A stretch of DNA of 64,000 nt from the human T2T-CHM13v2.0 reference genome, Homo sapiens: NCBI RefSeq assembly GCF_009914755.1, contig NC_060929.1; one strand, written 5' to 3'. Positions within the stretch are counted from its first letter, which is position 1; every line of letters begins with the position of its first letter. A program made the translations under genes and the position numbers. Positions 58,773-64,000 of this stretch are shown here, in pieces. The notes beneath the pieces were generated by a model. It worked only from the letters and a program-made list of their open reading frames with translations. It was not told the DNA's origin and made no database searches.

Positions 58773-59464
58773 ATGTGCCTAAAAAGGAAAAATGGATTGG
58801 CTTGAATAATTACAAACACTTTTAAATTTTTCCCACTATCTCTCCTTCTGATGCTGGAGGCTCCTAGCTGAGTCAGCTAATCACAGCCTGGCACAATGTG
58901 CTCTCAAAGAATTATGGGATGCAAAGACATCCTTGGTCTTCATGAGTCGCAAATGTAGGGCATGCATTAAGACTCAAAAATCATAAAGAAAATATACGGT
59001 TTCTACTAGGAGGAGGAATTCCATAGCACATTAATTCTGTGGCACAACTCCAACCAGAGAATGAGTCCTATTGCTTTCTTCTGGAAAGGTTAAGCCAGCC
59101 CTTATGTTATAGGGAAGTCATGTCCATATCACATTCTCTTTACTGTTGCATTGTATGATACAGATGAAGTGGAAACCCTGTCTTCAATGTGCCATGTTTC
59201 TCTCTCTCTAGAGGGTCTGAAGCATTCCTGTGAGGGAATCCAGAAATGTGGAGTCCTGTATGTCCAACTAGTACATAATTCACACATACATTTCTGTCTA
59301 CTGCTCTATTCTGAAAGTTAACTTTTCATTTCCAAAACTATGCGTGAATTGACTATCATCATTTGATTGTTGTTAAATTTGGAGAAAGAACCATTTACTT
59401 GAGACTTGGAGCTGAATTAAACTATGTAGCGTGAAGGGAAGCCAGTTTTAAAGGACGATGGCAG

Positions 59465-61085
59465 CCAATTTCTTTTGTTACTGATGTTTTTATTTTTTCC
59501 AAGAACAGTTAACATTTACTAGGCACCTATTGGCCTCAGCCACTTGCATCTAAAGAGCAAAGCTAGTTTACCCGCGGCCCATGTTCTTTTCGATGGTTAG
59601 CCTTATTTCTTAGCTCTGTTAACCACTATTCTAACGTTAGCTTCAAGTTCAGTTTTAATAATCTATTCCATAGTTGTGTACTGCTCCCTGCCACATGAAC
59701 AAAAAGTTTGGGGGAATAAGGCGAGCAGTTTACATTTTCTGTGGATACTTCAAGTAATTGGCCCCAAAGTGAAACTGAATTGGCCATGGTTTATCGTGTT
59801 CTGAGGGGATAAAATGTGTAAGGAAACGGACCTGTAGAGAGGGTTGATATCCAAGTATGCGTGAATGTGTGAAAATCCTATAACTCCACTTCAACTGGCC
59901 TAATATCCTGAGTCACTAGATGGTCAGAAGAATAGATACAGTACAAAAGGAACAAACTGATGTACATTTATACTAAAAAACCAAAAACAAAGTTTGTACA
60001 AGATGAACAGCAAATGAAATAGCTTCTGTCAAAATAAAATCTCACACAGGTAATTTTTCTAGTACGTGGACATACATACACCCACACACACAGACACACA
60101 AGCAAGAATGTGTATTTTGTAAGATATAGGTTCTTGGAAATAGACATTCTTAGCAAATATGGATGACAGATCAATTGTAATTTATTTTCTTTTAACACTG
60201 TATCATCATAAAGAAAACTGGTATAAATGAAAAAATCTATTTCAAATATCTACATCTAAAATTTTAGGCAGTGAAAAAGCACTTTGTTGACAAGGAGTGT
60301 GGAATGATGTATGTTAATTGTCAGAAACTGCTGAATGCCTTGTTTAGTTGTCACAAACAAATTCACATATCAGAACGAACAATACTGCTAAATATTCCTT
60401 TTTTCCTGCTTTTTTTTTTTTTTGTTAAAACATACTGGGAGAAAGTAAAGAAAAACTGGAAATCCATACATCTTTCAAAAGTTTGAAATTGAAGCAATAT
60501 TTAGAACCATAGATGAGGAAACACGGCGGCATTGGTGTAATATACACAACGCGCTTTTCTTCTTTAATCTGTAATGTACATCAAATACTTTACAACAATG
60601 CATTAACAAAAGGCAAGAAACATCTTGCTGTACAGAGGAACCCCAATGCAACCTGAAGCCTAGAGTCACAACGGATGAAGAGAGTAAACAAAGCGTGAGA
60701 AGCCGTCCCCCACACAGTGTGTAAACTATTCTGTGTCTTGTGCTTAACGATAACCCTTACGCCCCACCGGCCCGAATGCCTCGTCTCTCCTCCCATCAAC
60801 CACGTTCAGTATAAAGCACTTCTCGTTACTCTACAGCTCACGCTAGAAAGGTGCTGCCCACTGTCATATTTAGGATCACTTTAGCTTTCTACTGATTTCC
60901 AAGTTAACTTGCGATTCATTTAGCTTTCTAAAATAGCTCTTAATATTTCCTTACTGGTTATCACAGCCTTCCTATGGAACAGGCTTTAACAAACTAAATT
61001 TGCAGGAGAAAAAAACAAAACAGAAAGAAATGTCTTGTGGTATGCATGCACATGCACTGTTCCCGGAGCGCCTGTGCCCTGCTCC
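59465..61085 (-). other. CTNND2: CTNND2 3'UTR (~1.6 kb; 3' end approximate)
   Basis: TE-free, AU-rich sequence between the TGA (61086-61088) and the AATAAA at 59489-59494. The cleavage site is inferred to lie ~20-25 nt downstream of the signal. Confidence 0.8.
59489..59494 (-). terminator. Distal polyadenylation signal AATAAA of CTNND2
   Basis: Plus strand tttatt; minus strand reads ggaaaaAATAAAaacatcag, at the end of the TE-free UTR block. Confidence 0.7.
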
Positions 61086-61346
<261 letters not shown>

Positions 61347-61559
61347 CTAAACGGGAAAGAAGAGCCACACTGGGTTACTTGGTTTCCCTTGACTCAGCCT
61401 GCCTCTTGCCCCGGCACCCAACTCTCCTTCAAAGAATAGGCTGTGTATATCCAGGCATTCACCACTGTGGCCCTGCTTCTCCAAAACTGCCAACTGTCAT
61501 TGGCTTTCCTTTTGAAAATTGGATCCTAGGTCCACGTGCTATCATTCTACATAATCTTT

Positions 61560-62170
61560 ATCATGGCAAAATATACATAACATAAAACAGCTTGCTTTAA
61601 GAAATGTTGAAGTGTAAGATTAATTAGGTGGCATTAAGAACATTCACAGTGTTGTGCAACCATCACCACCATCCGTTTCCACCACTTTTTAAATCATCCC
61701 AAACAGAAACTCTGTGCCCATTAAATGTAATTCCTCATCCCCTCTCTCTCAGCCCATGGCAAGCACCATTCTACTTTCTGTCTCTAGAAATCTGCCTAAT
61801 ATAGGCACTGCAGAGAGTGTTTGTCCTTGTGTGACTGGCTTCTTTCACTTAGCATAAAGTTTGCATGGTCCATCCATGGTGTTGCACATGGCAGACCTTG
61901 ATCCGTTTTTGTGGCTGAATAATATTCCACTGTATGATGTGCATTGCTCCACTGATGAATGCACTGAAGGCCATGACTTTACCTCAATGTAGCAAAACTG
62001 CACTTGCACCCCCATGATTGTATATATATAAGAATAAAATAGTCCATGGTATGCATAGACCACATTTTATTTATCCATTCATCCATTGATGGACGCTTGG
62101 GTTATTTTTACCTTTTAGCTGCTGTAAATAATGTTGCAATAAACATTGGTGCATTTGTATCTGTTCTAGT
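61560..62170 (-). mobile_element. L1MB-like 3' end, intronic
   Basis: cattcacagtgttgtgcaaccatcaccaccatcc...ctactttctgtctcta...tttatccattcatccattgatggac. Confidence 0.88.
61937..62037 (+). mobile_element. ~100-bp L1PB/L1MA 3' tip nested in the older L1
   Basis: gcactgaaggccatgactt...aatgtagcaaaactgcacttgcacccc; TSD aatattccactgtatg (61921-61936) / aatagtccatggtatg (62038-62053). Confidence 0.7.
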
Positions 62171-63021
62171 CCCTGGGGTCCCTTTTCAAGCACCTGCCCC
62201 TGAAATGAGCAGAACCTCCCAAGGTATAGGGTGAGGTTAACCCTACAGCAAGTGCATACCGGGATGCACAAAGCTCTGCTAATGTGCAGTAATTGGGGAG
62301 GAGATCTGGTGTGAATTATTAAACACTCTTAAAGAAATACTGTTTGATCACTTTTGGGTGGACTCAGTGACTCCCTATTAATTTAACTAAAGTTCAGCAC
62401 GGAAACGTTCTCTAGAAATTGGTCTTAGTTAATAGATAATGATTTGTAATTAGCACGTTGTGTGTAAATGAATGCTTTTAAAGGCTTACACATAATTCTT
62501 CTCTCAAGTAAGTGAAACTCCCTCTTATATATGTCATTGATTTATACTAGTAATCAACCTGATCTTCAAAGAAGTGGTGAACTTCATCACAGCAGCTGTC
62601 TAGGATGTCCCACGTGTCTAGTTAGTGGTAGCTGAATGAATGAGGTTTCTGTCTACCTACAGAAGTCCAAAAGTCCATAGAGGATAAACCTTTGTTAGCC
62701 TGAGAGCTAACAAAGGATGAGAGGAACATTTGGAATGAATGTGCAACATCTGCAATTAAATACTGCTAAGTCCAGGTCTACTGGACTGCGTTGCTAGGTT
62801 GGGGTGCCCTTTGCTATTCTTTGAAGAGCTCTGCTTGTGTGCTGCTGAACTCCACTCCAACACAGGGCTGTTTTCCAAGTGCAAGACATGCAAAGGCTCA
62901 GAATCTAGAAGTTTGGAAAAATTATACAGGGAGGGAACTAGATTTGCTGTGTTTCTTGTTCAGCAGGGCACCCTATTCAACATTTAGCAAATTCTTTAAT
63001 ACTCCAGTAGTCATAAATATT

Positions 63022-63112
63022 TATGTGTGTTTGTGTCTGTCTACATCAATATCTATAATCTATCATCTGTCTGTCTTCCTATCCACCCACCAATCCATCC
63101 ATCCATCCATCC
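63022..63112. repeat. (TCTA)/(TCCA)n simple repeat
   Basis: atctatcatctgtctgtc...tccatccatccatccatcc. Confidence 0.8.
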
Positions 63113-63123
63113 CTCAAGCAAAC

Positions 63124-63255
63124 TCCCACCTTATAGATGAGAAAACTGAAGCACAGAGAAGTTAAGAAACTTCTCCAAAACGTCATAGCTAGTGGTGTTG
63201 TGAACTGGAACTGGAACATACGGCTGGCTGACTCTAAAACCCAGGTGTTCTACCA
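63124..63255 (-). mobile_element. MIR SINE
   Basis: tatagatgagaaaactgaagcacagagaagttaag. Confidence 0.85.
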
Positions 63256-63751
63256 ACGTAGTCCAGTCCCATCAGAGCCAAGGTGGCCAAACCTTGGAGG
63301 ACAGGCCTCAAGGAGCTGACTCTAGGCTCTAAGATAAGAAAGTCGGTGGACAAAAGAGACCAAGAAGCGGTGTGTTTTCTTATGGATTTTTGGGGGCCAG
63401 GGAAGGCAGTGCAGGGGACAGGGACATCTTCAGGAGGAGTCACTCACAAGGGTTATAGCTCTCCTCCAAAGTGGCTTCTGCTTTCATTTTTTTGGTTCTT
63501 TTGCACAACCTCGTTCAAATTGCTTTGACTGTTGTCATGTTCTCTCTGGTTGGTGAACATTTGGGAGCTGGGTATCAGCTTTTTCAGCCTCTTACCCCAG
63601 AGAATTAACTTCTTCATTCATCTGTACTGTTCATAAAATCCCACACCAATCACTTCTGAGGTTTGGTGCCCCAGTCCCAAAAGTGTGTACAAATGAACTG
63701 TCACAGGTGACACGTGTCACTGCTGCACCCGGAGAGACAGAATTTGCTCAC

Positions 63752-63870
63752 TGTGGTATTTGCTCTTGTGGTATGGACATTTCTGTGGTATTTGCTCTTG
63801 TGGTATCTTGTGGTATTTGCTCTTGTGGTATGGACGTCTTGTGGTATTTGCTCTTGTGGTATGGACGTTT
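63752..63870. repeat. Intronic minisatellite, ~15-bp subunits in ~30-bp dimers, 8 x TGTGGTAT
   Basis: tgtggtatttgctct alternates with tgtggtatggac(a/g)t.. ; one subunit is shortened. Confidence 0.93.
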
Positions 63871-64000
63871 GCTGGTGAAACACATCCACAGTGGAGGAAT
63901 ATTGGCTGCATTTTAAACTTTAAGGGAATATCTGACAGTTGAAAATCTGGCTGATGAAATGACCCCTCCCAAAGCCCTCCTCACATAAGAGCTAAAAATA

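Larger units (their letters stand above)
61347..64000 (-). other. CTNND2: 3' part of the last intron of CTNND2
   Basis: Lies upstream of the acceptor AG (61347-61348) and contains L1, MIR and simple repeats; no further exon recognised. Confidence 0.85.

Noticed and set aside
63752-63870. Repeat array as a CRISPR-like locus
   Set aside because: No unique spacers, no cas genes, and the context is primate DNA; it is a minisatellite.

Overview
This is primate (human-like) genomic DNA, not microbial, and it is dominated by Alu, L1, L2, MIR, MaLR/ERV LTRs and DNA-transposon fossils. The only protein-coding sequence I can support is the terminal exon of CTNND2 (delta-catenin) on the minus strand (61346->61086, ending ...[10 protein letters not shown]); it is absent from the supplied ORF track. 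Its ~1.6-kb 3'UTR runs to an AATAAA at 59489-59494, and the last intron occupies 61347-64000. The first ~59 kb is intergenic DNA downstream of CTNND2 (human 5p15.2 by established gene location). The other track ORFs look like repeat- or low-complexity-derived noise, apart from decayed L1 and HERV-L fragments. I see no new multi-gene system. The most notable unexplained structure is a ~240-bp, ~93% identical inverted duplication (54677-54916 / 56430-56670) of apparently non-TE sequence, with a fold-back hairpin at one junction, ~2.8 kb past the CTNND2 poly(A) signal. Other oddities: an L1PA with ORF1 joined to late ORF2, an old L1M with twin-priming geometry, an LTR-less HERV-L integrase fragment, an LTR18-like element with AP-1 and PAR-bZIP sites, and an intronic minisatellite with eight TGTGGT cores. 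Repeat subfamily names are from remembered consensus sequences and boundaries are approximate; they need RepeatMasker/Dfam confirmation.
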